DNA of 64,000 nt, from positions 39,930 to 103,929 of IMG/VR virus record IMGVR_UViG_3300043410_001007. The stretch is one strand, 5' to 3'. The DNA comes from a virus. Positions 12,001 through 17,764 of the stretch are shown piece after piece. The notes under the pieces are model-generated. The model saw only the letters and a program-made list of their open reading frames with translations, was not told the origin of the DNA and searched no databases. Both the position numbers and the translations under genes were made by a program. Numbering within the stretch: position 1 is the first letter of the stretch; the number at the start of each line of letters is the position of its first letter.

Positions 12001-12679
12001 TCAGCCAGGAATGGCAGTTGGCCAGACAGTTGTGTGTAGCGCAATCGCTTACGCTATTCGTGAGGGTACTACCATATCCAATATTGAAGAGGCAACACCT
12101 AGTAAACCATCCAATGCTAAGATTATTACCATGTACAACAAGACTGGCTGGCCTCTACTCAAGGATATCCCTCGAGGAACAGCAATCCAATACGGTACTA
12201 CAATGCCAGTACTAGCGCCTAATGCTAAGTTCGCTAAGCCTGGGGAGAAGATCCAGTTCAGAAGATACAACAAAGCGAATGATGACTGGTCTACTAAAAT
12301 CAAATATTACGTAGCATCGGTTGGATCGTATTTGGACGTCTTTACAGTGGTAGAAAGCAAGGTCAACCCCGATAATCCACAACAATGGACCATCAAGATT
12401 GCTGAGCCAGTTACTATTCCTAGTGACGCCCGCGCAGAAATCGCAATCAGCGAATTCACAGTCACAGACATCGTAGATAACGGCGATACTACATACGCAG
12501 TGACAGTAGAAACTTACACTGATTGTGTTGATGGCTCAGGAGCAACCGCGGCAGCAACGCCGCTAATTACCGGAGGCTCAGTAACATACGCAACTGCTAC
12601 ATACAAGGTGATGGACAAGCCGCTACAACTTGATAATAGTAGCATTGCTGGTGGATTCTTGAATTACACGGCAAAATAA
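2..12679 (+). CDS. Giant virion structural protein (baseplate wedge/receptor-binding type), 5'-truncated by the window edge
   Basis: The frame of ORF 107..12679 is open from position 2 (VGQPAEKTSF...). It has FG-GAP/propeller-like motifs (LIVGAPEE, VFTGAPYE, LIVSAPY), CBM5/12-like motifs (WSKGTAYSKGDLVVYNGQLY, WVSGQTYEVGDIVTYNG) and Thr/Ser/Asn-rich beta composition, and lies directly upstream of baseplate/fibre genes. Confidence 0.8.
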   Translation, partial: VGQPAEKTSFLATVSGGTNTGTGTVTQEYTTIDTKVDLTDPRLQDDLSAVTLFDGFLPNDFAISQDNQWLYVSNKNTNEVKVFINEVGKFKPVSKYKAENSFTNGAITAGWGTTIDTPRDGSKLIVGAPEETVDGSDNAGATYIYARLTENFLQSDRALKIVPYQTYSIEDMGDVDATSLEGWFDLGAGVQFRARITKDDGYIDNTAWKSGTIMTVGDATYGIKDTTGASSIIRIGSYLSGYDPAHSVGDTQDRIVAGTTVVGQFDSYETDTLTAFCDGANGSSEITFAARSTPAAVSVGQIVCVTTRNSTTPFAINHVSKADYEDSTKNSEVSKIQPDTYVAYIKNNVDYHTVSLFDGTSHSTGSLTKGSDGKIYKAKNTTTMDPVTDTTFVNWSQVKVTVGLTRKLTGQLASANNEVSFRAAGRTGRYIVSEAHNFSGAQVNHIAGSVVTAISKDVPFVARGYGSIVKRINGVLSSVDKTGTVSLRKDFIINDVVPNNKVIVYIDNKLVPLYTIGYRNGRNYRSYNYKITVNTLLNQTKVSFTKTPPIGSVVVIDFGKLILQQRTQSAAPRVGAQYGHSVATNNWGAEVFTGAPYEISDINSKHNIEGAVYRWTNVGQRYNNIVGDLKNLVPNNAGTYDVDANIYIDGFLVNIKFTGEASKASVAERIAKIIDTTEPTNVIASSNGTTFTIYNGIPGTTNDQVDITGDLDKIGITPYIKTQTIVDTINYSTTAAFGYTIAVNKELNSTRDALIVSAPYTNVLAETTFDFIDDLRDDDTIYDNGGTTFVDRFTSIGGVYEYDYLASDTETPTNPGIYTFGQYVNHVPSETAALRANTPRYGQSLNFNDGTITVGSPLWYRDGTGRVSQFTTTTYESCWYVDKAPLPKVDVNKLVTVAIYDTNDGTALSSLDYIDPAQGKHLAAVNTNLDFIGATDPASYTTGIIWNKKQVGKTWMDTTNFRLMNYNQPDLQYNARYFGQTFPGSTADIYTWIESDVEPMDYQGSGYVVSMDAYTAGVVFDRQSNTTQTKYYYWVKNYGDIPHGKTLAPTTIASYVLDPLNSGIQFLGALSTNSIALFNARESITENTSALHVGYSESDNDDVGHQDWLLIQTNNKDSFLPGVPLSIADAPSGLYLKYLTSFMGHEIDTETQLVRKALTVPDENLSILTRYGVSFRPRQTMFLDRELALKNYIDYANQVLASEPITETRGTFLLNKSGSDYDTADFWTVTDWWATGYSSSTKPSLEVDTYNTLLTIGSVDPVNADSTGIVTTLSDGLVARVKKNGQGLYETYRYTSSAGWSRINLENGTIAIKDTIYTQTSPIPSQEIYWIIRWLTEQVFVDDLSIENNNSLIMMFNFIQSDSPQGQNYLPWLNKTSLVDIQHTIRQLLPYKKFQIQSSTLINGYINEVKPFHVYVKEFSYKYTATETFEGDITDFDLPAKFRSSSATYVTPRLIQKQSESLGEYTSTDGIWSESEYANWFKYHGLSYTNDGVGVEESTVVPVTQVIVDITSSAASIYVESVAGLPVSGTVKINGEEIWYESVNRSTNSITGLVRTTGSTHASGSIVSLITKPVMVMETGRGYLAAPIVTAWYDTTDFPYGPTVTATFMTTMKNGGLTVVDVVEEGRGYPTTPELRVSMSSIVSTFTSGQVDTQVNQFSVGGHQFVNGDSVVFVTDSTDSNLALRNYGNYYVGALDGESFALYETYREAMASFTTTEPIVRGRAAGDNYHFYLSSPYDYSTPMFVTGDLVKLRTNVAGGTITDPSYNDAFEYYYAHVDESIDTTGATPHYALYDYVTFHTSHSDAMSGAHPVEFAPVGDPNAVRSNEFCIASRTQRVDDGRVTIGAKIDGTVGIAARLQAYHGNRQTRGIRTAMKFDRITYKTSVFNWESGVNRFQEMGWDVTTWSKGTAYSKGDLVVYNGQLYRASRDTIKRWEVSSASPNETISLWTPGTKYAVDKKVLYSTIIYKCTEATTDKPTDGDLEVFSLANFTEVASDDPLITAADRIVGFYRPTSDMPGSTYADLSQLMTGTTYPYQTIIDPEFTWGETYAFLPRNVDTEENTVTLNNIKPLLASYQEVVYGTYTTTANSITQYHMASQFTPAVTETNLVGNSLSVSGTQNLHKGMPIRFIGDMIQVYTNTIVNGTIVESVANAFYKDTTYFIANVDASNSSIQISYNQQLSQLSSISTTASRVYANGMITLDTAIGNYTDATIKFSGSSFGNVSANFYYIDSIDGTGKNVTLRTDVFSSGGQFVPPVSANIGANGISGNMKVTIDPYLPQKNASGYTTLVLGHHVGMIGVANANANITVTVDSTDGLYLNAPVKFGGNSIGNISNSSVYFISNVDVANSAINIVTIMGDTTAVPNVANATGTMTVRTGFPITTVTGISSGNYYVANTTTHIVGSTGNITVGTLGANAKVQFASGSVSGANVNKTTSYYITSANTTTNHITITDKLVGGTTITPSTSTLSNSTGPLYLVSDYYTQPVESSYITGDLLKMYYKDPADETIGFYFTNREANNVISLYASSDDAEAKTNSIAIHDGAYGYLVKPQTVVSAVGPLKYMIGDIVPMTFELSSPTLGFGLTPNKTYWARFISVTTVRLYRTRTDAQNEYNHLPLLKQIGGQMVIGSPIIVDVVQADGSTKIETVGYNEYDSIIVSDNNVTPDYNVAGKEFTWGFGPEELMAGVVSDGVNITVTTRAGSTWDPLATINGTVNARAISDKFGHTGFNMVRFDASANGTKVDWYLDAGDLDSNGHAKIKSSGFVGATTFVESTFTNPVTTPSGVKFASAVYFGDRVKNPVTVEVYAKTTTYGQVKLVEGTDYILDMANKVIHSVSNTYVSISLELVVYEFGNSSHLLRSTSDIYGLQTVGDHSEMMLDVPFALVDLPTIENYWLGASVFVNGVKLEYYDGVRPLFNYNAPMFSVIPQRPFDPKNDPYNPAKIVFNTLYTSSDFASFVLTTNVIGYYRVENASDTYKAPITDETAYSRGKIGVYVNGVLTTQDSDYKVSMITKGSKSALVTITFTSGVVAVGDNVKITYENGGASAPMMEMLGTPTPTTGAVQYDLTGFLGDNNYAPFSDLRVLFDNAASTQPNTFVTRCGVDLADGMSVVVVGDDTNKIIPGFPSSHAADIVTKTYYLRDVVYHSDNLWQDTFGTYTFRLATIPDGQPIVLSSGTDGTGQPRHLTFVVNNDNLIVEIDGTRINGIAPNTLKYGGIATPINNTVTLSYPAPVYSRATFSSSYLIVNINGVPYSAANNFDNIDPVSGASRHIQWYTNYDANNNLMAGSDATFNVDDTLADTGAFFDAGDPFDNQSIIDIVFAYDLTGSSGLISTDIITVEYNIVGNAWVSGQTYEVGDIVTYNGVIFRCYSDVTSATNPVTDYSHWSTISMSPPPVYVVEVNQDTAGTTGVNETSIGGTLTVYAPWLDNTHKVSVTSFGRTTQQYLKTQILSDITVTQVTNVIEITGQPTVVYTGPTLSLPGAAHGINIGDLVMINGTAVKDLDGGNYYAKPIDLSGTLGSTYTEEYTFQLFSDSGLVTPIDLANPGAFQPITTGKESYVQLLQTATNTASIAVNPAVINQSQFNLVDKQRLFVSFTKDSTVKGSTGRYYVQTSKFDIATLDYVDEEGTSQTVYTLILLQPVVPGNLITITSMVPTASPGENRLRMNAQWDTISSSAVVPFLFQQDPANQLYYTSVYREPEVSRTHITAVNSSDSITVANPYALVRIYNYTRNINEIGVLKTGEHYVLIEGITTDEIAQINITDSTGVKIEEFYWVNSGNSSSARIVFTFNPNSKLSIVVAVGNNLLIKGEQLQYRAVELDVNKTNYGQITGIRHARNTTIAADLQPYDIVQSIKEEDLMASSLYNKTWYSNTVTALVDTSGGDVSGTYTLQDSTLETSLVKVGDTLKFSSTSNDFSGIAYVYTGLQAIKSIVSDNGTYVNFAITAYGDTGCVITDRYYYDTGTSTWLYDRPSTGSQPAKFGETMVVSGNATDGYYMSVRVDQPGMAVGQTVVCSAIAYAIREGTTISNIEEATPSKPSNAKIITMYNKTGWPLLKDIPRGTAIQYGTTMPVLAPNAKFAKPGEKIQFRRYNKANDDWSTKIKYYVASVGSYLDVFTVVESKVNPDNPQQWTIKIAEPVTIPSDARAEIAISEFTVTDIVDNGDTTYAVTVETYTDCVDGSGATAAATPLITGGSVTYATATYKVMDKPLQLDNSSIAGGFLNYTAK

Positions 12680-12682
12680 GAG

Positions 12683-12689
12683 ATAAATA
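12683..12689 (+). promoter_or_regulatory. Late-type promoter motif ATAAATA
   Basis: Matches the core of the T4 late promoter TATAAATA. (A/C/G)TAAATA recurs in intergenic positions at 17738, 21038, 22116, 27976, 30362, 35275, 39214, 44187, 50323 and 63512 (+), and at 27966, 43591, 58669 and 59613 (-). Confidence 0.7.
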
Positions 12690-12693
12690 CTCA

Positions 12694-12840
12694 ATGAACG
12701 CTAATACTAAATCAGAAACTCAGCAGGTAGAACAGAATTCTCGTGAAAATTTCGAGGATTCTGGCTTCCACTATTCAAGTTTTCTAAAAATTACTGACCC
12801 GGAAACAGGCCAAGTACTAGTACAGCAAAGAGCAGACTAA
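12694..12840 (+). CDS. Small 48-aa virion-associated protein (not in ORF track)
   Basis: MNANTKSETQQVEQNSRENFEDSGFHYSSFLKITDPETGQVLVQQRAD fills the intergenic gap after a late promoter and resembles the N-terminus of the next gene. Confidence 0.75.
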   Translation: MNANTKSETQQVEQNSRENFEDSGFHYSSFLKITDPETGQVLVQQRAD

Positions 12841-12853
12841 AAGGAATAATAAC

Positions 12854-13471
12854 GTGAAAAGCAACTTCGGATTCTCAGTACACGGACACATAAAAATACA
12901 TGACCCACAGACAGGGGAAGTATTCGTTGATAAAGATAACGCCATCAACTACGAGGCGATGAGTATTGCTGTTGCTAACGCCTTATCTAATAGAGGGACT
13001 GGTATGATTTACAAAATGGCACTCGGCAACGGCGCCTCAAGTATCGACAGTACTGGTCTAATTACCTATCTACCACCAAACGTAACAGGTACTAATGCTA
13101 GTCTGTACAATCAAACATACTCTAAGATTGTAGACGATACATTACTATCTAATACTGACCCAACACGTAACAAAATGAGTGTAAGTCATACTGCTGGTAA
13201 GACATATTCAGACATTCAAATTCAGTGCCTACTGGACTACGGTGAGCCTAGTGGTCAGTACGCTTTCGACAATGCGACTGATACTACTAGTGACTATGTA
13301 TTCGATGAACTAGGGCTACTATGCGACTACGGCGCAGACGGCGAAGGTAGTATTACTACTAAGTTGATTACTCACGTTGTGTTTCACCCCGTACAAAAAG
13401 CTCTAAACAGACAAATTCAAGTTGACTACACTATTCGTATTCAGTCAATTACTAACTTAGTCACGCTGTAA
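12854..13471 (+). CDS. Baseplate/tail structural protein
   Basis: GTG start with AAGGA SD. The C-terminal FDELGL...THVVFHPVQKALNRQIQVDYTIRIQ is typical of phage baseplate/fibre-attachment proteins, and the context is structural. Confidence 0.65.
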   Translation: MKSNFGFSVHGHIKIHDPQTGEVFVDKDNAINYEAMSIAVANALSNRGTGMIYKMALGNGASSIDSTGLITYLPPNVTGTNASLYNQTYSKIVDDTLLSNTDPTRNKMSVSHTAGKTYSDIQIQCLLDYGEPSGQYAFDNATDTTSDYVFDELGLLCDYGADGEGSITTKLITHVVFHPVQKALNRQIQVDYTIRIQSITNLVTL

Positions 13472-13480
13472 GGATAGAAC

Positions 13481-16400
13481 ATGGCGAATTCTCAATACAC
13501 AATCTCATACAGCGGCGGTAATATTGCGGTACCAGTGGGTCAGGTAGACGGTAAATTACCATCTACATCAAATCTAGCATCTGCTACCTATGTATCTAAC
13601 ACTAGCACAACACTAACACTAGTAGGTCGTAACTTCAATGATCCAACATCGGTCAATGGTGTCCTTCACGGATATGGTTACTACTTCAATCAAAACTTTG
13701 TTACCTTATTAGAGAATAGTGCTAATACTACGGGTAATCTAGCAAATGCTAATATCTTACATGGTCAACTAGTGTTTGTTACACAAGATACTAACTATGT
13801 AGGTAACGTAAACAACAGACTATTTGTTAGTGGCGCTAACGGTATCAACAAATTTAGTAATCTGTACGCAAACGGCAACAGTGGGTCATACACTACTGGA
13901 CTAATCGAAGTATTCACTGAGGCTAACCCTGCTTCTAACTTACACGCAACTGTTGGCACTAACCCTGTCAACTTCTCAGACATCACAATCAGTCGTGCCA
14001 ATGGTAACACTACAATCAACTCTACAACTGCTAGTAATACAACTACTATCGCTAAGTTCTGGAATGATAGTTCAGTAACTGGCGCGGCAAAGTTCGGTCT
14101 AAACTTAGGTAATGGTGTGACACCGGTAGACATGTCTATGTTGAACGGCAACATCTCTGCTAACGGCAACATCTCTGCTACACAGGGCGGCTATCTACGA
14201 ACCAACTATCTTGGCGCAGAAACTGCTACAACTGCTAACATCAACATAGAAAGTAACGTAGTATCTTCTAATCTAAACATTACTGGCGCATGGAACATCA
14301 ATGCTACAAACTTTACAGGCACACTAAGCGCTAATAGCAACGCTCAACCCAACGTCACAACATTAGGCGATCTACTCTATGCAAACATCAACGGCGACTT
14401 ACGTGTATTTGATGCCGCAAATGCTAATAGTTATGTAAATGCTTATGCCAACGGTCAACTAGTAGTATCAAATACTGTTACTGCTACCAAGTTTATTGGT
14501 GATGGTAGTTTACTAACTAACATTAGTGCTAACGCTCTAACAGGAGCAACAGTAGATAACGCTAACTATGCCGCCTATGCTGGTAATGTAACCTTAGCGG
14601 CACAATCAAATATTACTTCACTAGGTACATTAACTAGTTTAACAGTTAGTGGCGACACAATACTTGGCAACATTGCTAACACGAGTGGTGACTTAACAGT
14701 TGGTAATAAACTAACAGTTGGTGGTAACTTAGTAATCAGTGGTAGTTTTGCCGCAACTAACTTGATTGCGGATATTATTACTGCTAACACGAGAGTTATT
14801 ACACCAACAGTATCTACTGGCGCAACAGTAGGTTCAGTTGGTAACATTAGCGGTCAATGGCGTCTAGCACAAGGCTCATCACTAAACTTATCTAGATTTT
14901 CTGATGACGCCAATAGTACTTCTGGTGATATTCAATTATTTGCGGCAAACATTTCTACTGGTCAGACCAGCGCCGGTAACGTTTTAGAAGGCTCTATTAC
15001 TGGTAGATGGACCGCGGCGAACGCCTGGACCTTCGAATCTAAACCAACATTCGTGTCTGGTGTTCTGTTTGATAATGCTACTAGTCTGTTACAGACAACT
15101 GGTTCAAACGTAAACATGTTTACTGCTAATGCTGATGCTATCAAAATTGGCCTGGCCGCAACATCTATTCAACTTGGTTCCGTAACTGGTAACTCTAATG
15201 TAGAACTTAGAAATGATGCCCTGGTGGGCAGAAACTTGTATGTAGCAAATGGCATTTTATTCAACGGTACAGATGCCAACGGCAACTCTACGGGCATCGC
15301 TAGAATAGCAAACACTGGTTCTAATACCGTGTACTTTGGCGGTGAAGCAGACACAATCAGCATCGGTAATACCGCTGGCAATACTACAATCAATCATAAT
15401 CTAATTGTGACTGGTGATGCCCAGATTAACGGTGGTGATTTAACGACAACTGCTACTACGTTCAACGCATTGAATGCTAATGCTACGACAATCAACTTTG
15501 CTGGCGATACAACTACCCTATCAGTTGGAGCATCTACAGGTAATACTACAATCAATCACAATCTAATTGTGACTGGTGACACACAGGTAAACGGTGGTGA
15601 TTTAACAACAACTGCTACTACATTTAATTTACTAAACGCAAATACTACTACTCTAAACATCGGCGCAGCCGCTACTCAGATAAATCTAGGTGTTTCTACG
15701 GGCAGAGCAAATGTAAACTCAAATACACTATCTGTGTACAATAATAACGACGGACAGGTATTAATTGGAGGAGATACTAATGGTGGTATCGAAATAGGAT
15801 TATCTGGCCGCTCAGCAACAGGAACACCGTTCATTGATTTTCATTCAAGTACAAATAGTTCGGACTATGATGTTCGATTAATTGCCAGCGGAGGTAATTC
15901 AACTGCTGGTAGCGGTAACCTATCGATCAATGCTGCAATCTTAACAATCACCGGCGGTCAAATCAATAATCTAACCGCGATTAACCCTGACGGTGACGGC
16001 GTAGCTATTCGTTACAGTGATAACAATCCTACAATCAACTCATACACTCATGGCGGTGGCTGGAGTATTGGCGCAGATGGTGACACACTTCAAGGATGGA
16101 CTCAGAGTAAATCAATCAATGCTGACGGCGGCATGATTAACTCATCTGGTGGTTACTATGTTGGAACATTAGATTTTGGAGCAGATAGCGGCGCACACAC
16201 GACAACTCAAGTAATCACAGGCTCAGGAGCAGTGCTAGCTACATCAGTAAGTATTGGTGGACCAACATCTACGCCAGCAACTGGCGAACTGTATGCCACC
16301 GGCAACATCATTGCCTTCTCCGCATCTGATGAAAGTCTAAAGACAAATATTGTTGACATCAGTGGCGCTCTACCTATGGTAAGAGCAATCGGTGGACAAA

Positions 16401-16660
16401 CATTCGAATGGACAGACGAAGCCCTATCAGGTAAAGAAATTGACGGATATCTAGTTCGCAAAGAAGACTTCGGACACATTGCTCAGCGTGTATTAAAACA
16501 ATTCCCACTGGCAGTTCGTAAGAGACCAGATGGCATATTGACTATCGATTACGAAAAATTATCAGCATTATCTTTTGCGGCAATCGATGAGTTAGCAGAA
16601 CAAGTGGACGAGTTAAAAGTAATTGTACAAACTCTAATTGATAAATTGGAAAATAAATGA
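13481..16660 (+). CDS. Tail fibre with C-terminal intramolecular chaperone (peptidase S74-like) domain
   Basis: Asn/Gly/Thr-rich beta-repeats. The C-terminal SASDESLKTNIVDI...FEW...GHIAQ...IDYEKL plus coiled coil is the S74 autocleavage chaperone signature. Confidence 0.8.
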   Translation: MANSQYTISYSGGNIAVPVGQVDGKLPSTSNLASATYVSNTSTTLTLVGRNFNDPTSVNGVLHGYGYYFNQNFVTLLENSANTTGNLANANILHGQLVFVTQDTNYVGNVNNRLFVSGANGINKFSNLYANGNSGSYTTGLIEVFTEANPASNLHATVGTNPVNFSDITISRANGNTTINSTTASNTTTIAKFWNDSSVTGAAKFGLNLGNGVTPVDMSMLNGNISANGNISATQGGYLRTNYLGAETATTANINIESNVVSSNLNITGAWNINATNFTGTLSANSNAQPNVTTLGDLLYANINGDLRVFDAANANSYVNAYANGQLVVSNTVTATKFIGDGSLLTNISANALTGATVDNANYAAYAGNVTLAAQSNITSLGTLTSLTVSGDTILGNIANTSGDLTVGNKLTVGGNLVISGSFAATNLIADIITANTRVITPTVSTGATVGSVGNISGQWRLAQGSSLNLSRFSDDANSTSGDIQLFAANISTGQTSAGNVLEGSITGRWTAANAWTFESKPTFVSGVLFDNATSLLQTTGSNVNMFTANADAIKIGLAATSIQLGSVTGNSNVELRNDALVGRNLYVANGILFNGTDANGNSTGIARIANTGSNTVYFGGEADTISIGNTAGNTTINHNLIVTGDAQINGGDLTTTATTFNALNANATTINFAGDTTTLSVGASTGNTTINHNLIVTGDTQVNGGDLTTTATTFNLLNANTTTLNIGAAATQINLGVSTGRANVNSNTLSVYNNNDGQVLIGGDTNGGIEIGLSGRSATGTPFIDFHSSTNSSDYDVRLIASGGNSTAGSGNLSINAAILTITGGQINNLTAINPDGDGVAIRYSDNNPTINSYTHGGGWSIGADGDTLQGWTQSKSINADGGMINSSGGYYVGTLDFGADSGAHTTTQVITGSGAVLATSVSIGGPTSTPATGELYATGNIIAFSASDESLKTNIVDISGALPMVRAIGGQTFEWTDEALSGKEIDGYLVRKEDFGHIAQRVLKQFPLAVRKRPDGILTIDYEKLSALSFAAIDELAEQVDELKVIVQTLIDKLENK
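14144..14179 (+). repeat. Exact 18-bp tandem duplication (NGNISA x2)
   Basis: AACGGCAACATCTCTGCT occurs twice in tandem. Confidence 0.9.
15377..15660 (+). repeat. Internal 162-bp (54-aa) period duplication in the fibre gene
   Basis: GNTTINHNLIVTGDxQxNGGDLTTTATTFNxLNAN at 15377 and 15539, with near-identical DNA. Confidence 0.9.
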
Positions 16661-17319
16661 CATTACAAGCAAATGGACCAATAAGTGCCAGAGATATTAA
16701 TATTGAATTAGGCTTATCAGGAACAACTACGTTTGCCTTGGGTAGCTCTGCTAGTAGAACACTAGCTGGAGTATCAACTGGGCCAATTGCTATGGGTCAT
16801 TTTTATGGCAAAAGTAGTGTTATTACCGGTACATTAACTTACACTGGCAGAACAATAACAACAAAAGGCTACAACGGCGCATGGGGCACTAATCCAATTG
16901 ATGGCGGCGGCGGTTGGCCATACTGCGCATGGGGTGTGGGTCAGGGAGCAGGTTCTAATGGTACTACTTATTACCCATACATAACCCCTTCTGGAACAGG
17001 TCAAAAATTTTGGTACACCTACGGATGTGATAATAGCGGCTCTGTTGGCGTTGCTACAACTACAGACAAATCAGCAGATCCAACAACACTTACATACACG
17101 GATTTGGGTACTTCTGGAGGATTCCCAGGCACTAATAACTGGACAGATACTGGACTGACTATTAATCAGAGTACTATCTTGTGGTTCAAAGTCTATTACA
17201 ACGATGCCGGTGGCGATTGGGGATTTACTTTTGCTGTATCAAATACAAACAGTTCTGCTGGCATCGTGATTACTAGTCTTAGTTTCAACTCAAGCGGATA
17301 TCCAACATACACTAGATAA
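16657..17319 (+). CDS. Putative fibre-tip adhesin/receptor-binding protein
   Basis: ATGA-coupled to the fibre. The N-terminal GPISARDINIELG...GPIAMGHFYGKS anchor-like motif is followed by a Gly/Trp/Tyr-rich domain. Confidence 0.6.
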   Translation: MTLQANGPISARDINIELGLSGTTTFALGSSASRTLAGVSTGPIAMGHFYGKSSVITGTLTYTGRTITTKGYNGAWGTNPIDGGGGWPYCAWGVGQGAGSNGTTYYPYITPSGTGQKFWYTYGCDNSGSVGVATTTDKSADPTTLTYTDLGTSGGFPGTNNWTDTGLTINQSTILWFKVYYNDAGGDWGFTFAVSNTNSSAGIVITSLSFNSSGYPTYTR

Positions 17320-17330
17320 GGATTACAATA

Positions 17331-17738
17331 ATGACACAACAATATTACACAGCCTCTGGCGCAGACCTAGCAGAATACTACTCAAGTGAACTAGATGTAC
17401 TACCAGGTACAGTAGTAGAATTTGGCGGCGCCCAGGAAATACAGTTGTGCGACACTCGTAACAGCACACGAATTGCTGGCGTTGTTTCTACTGATCCAGC
17501 TTATGTAATGAATGAAAAGACGGGACAGACCTATCCACGAATTCTAGTGGCGTTGATCGGTCGTGTGCCATGTAAAGTTTATGGAACCTGCTCTAAGGGA
17601 GACATGATGGTCAGTGCTGGCGGCGGTTACGCTATGACAAACAACTCGCCATCTATTGGTACAGTTATCGGTAAAGCGCTAGAGGACAAGACTACACCTG
17701 GTATCGGCACAATTGAAATTGTGGTCGGTAAACAGTGA
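17331..17738 (+). CDS. Stand-alone ADLAE-type (peptidase G2/IMC-like) autocleavage chaperone domain
   Basis: ADLAEYY...GTVV...GVVSTDPAYVMN...VALIGRVPCKV...IGKALE, paralogous to the C-terminus of 17765..20056; AAGGA SD. Confidence 0.7.
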   Translation: MTQQYYTASGADLAEYYSSELDVLPGTVVEFGGAQEIQLCDTRNSTRIAGVVSTDPAYVMNEKTGQTYPRILVALIGRVPCKVYGTCSKGDMMVSAGGGYAMTNNSPSIGTVIGKALEDKTTPGIGTIEIVVGKQ

Positions 17739-17764
17739 TAAATACAACAAATAAGGACAAATAA

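Noticed and set aside
15377-15660. Repeat pair as a DGR template/variable region
   Set aside because: Both copies are tandem and in frame mid-gene, differences are not adenine-specific, and there is no reverse transcriptase in the window.
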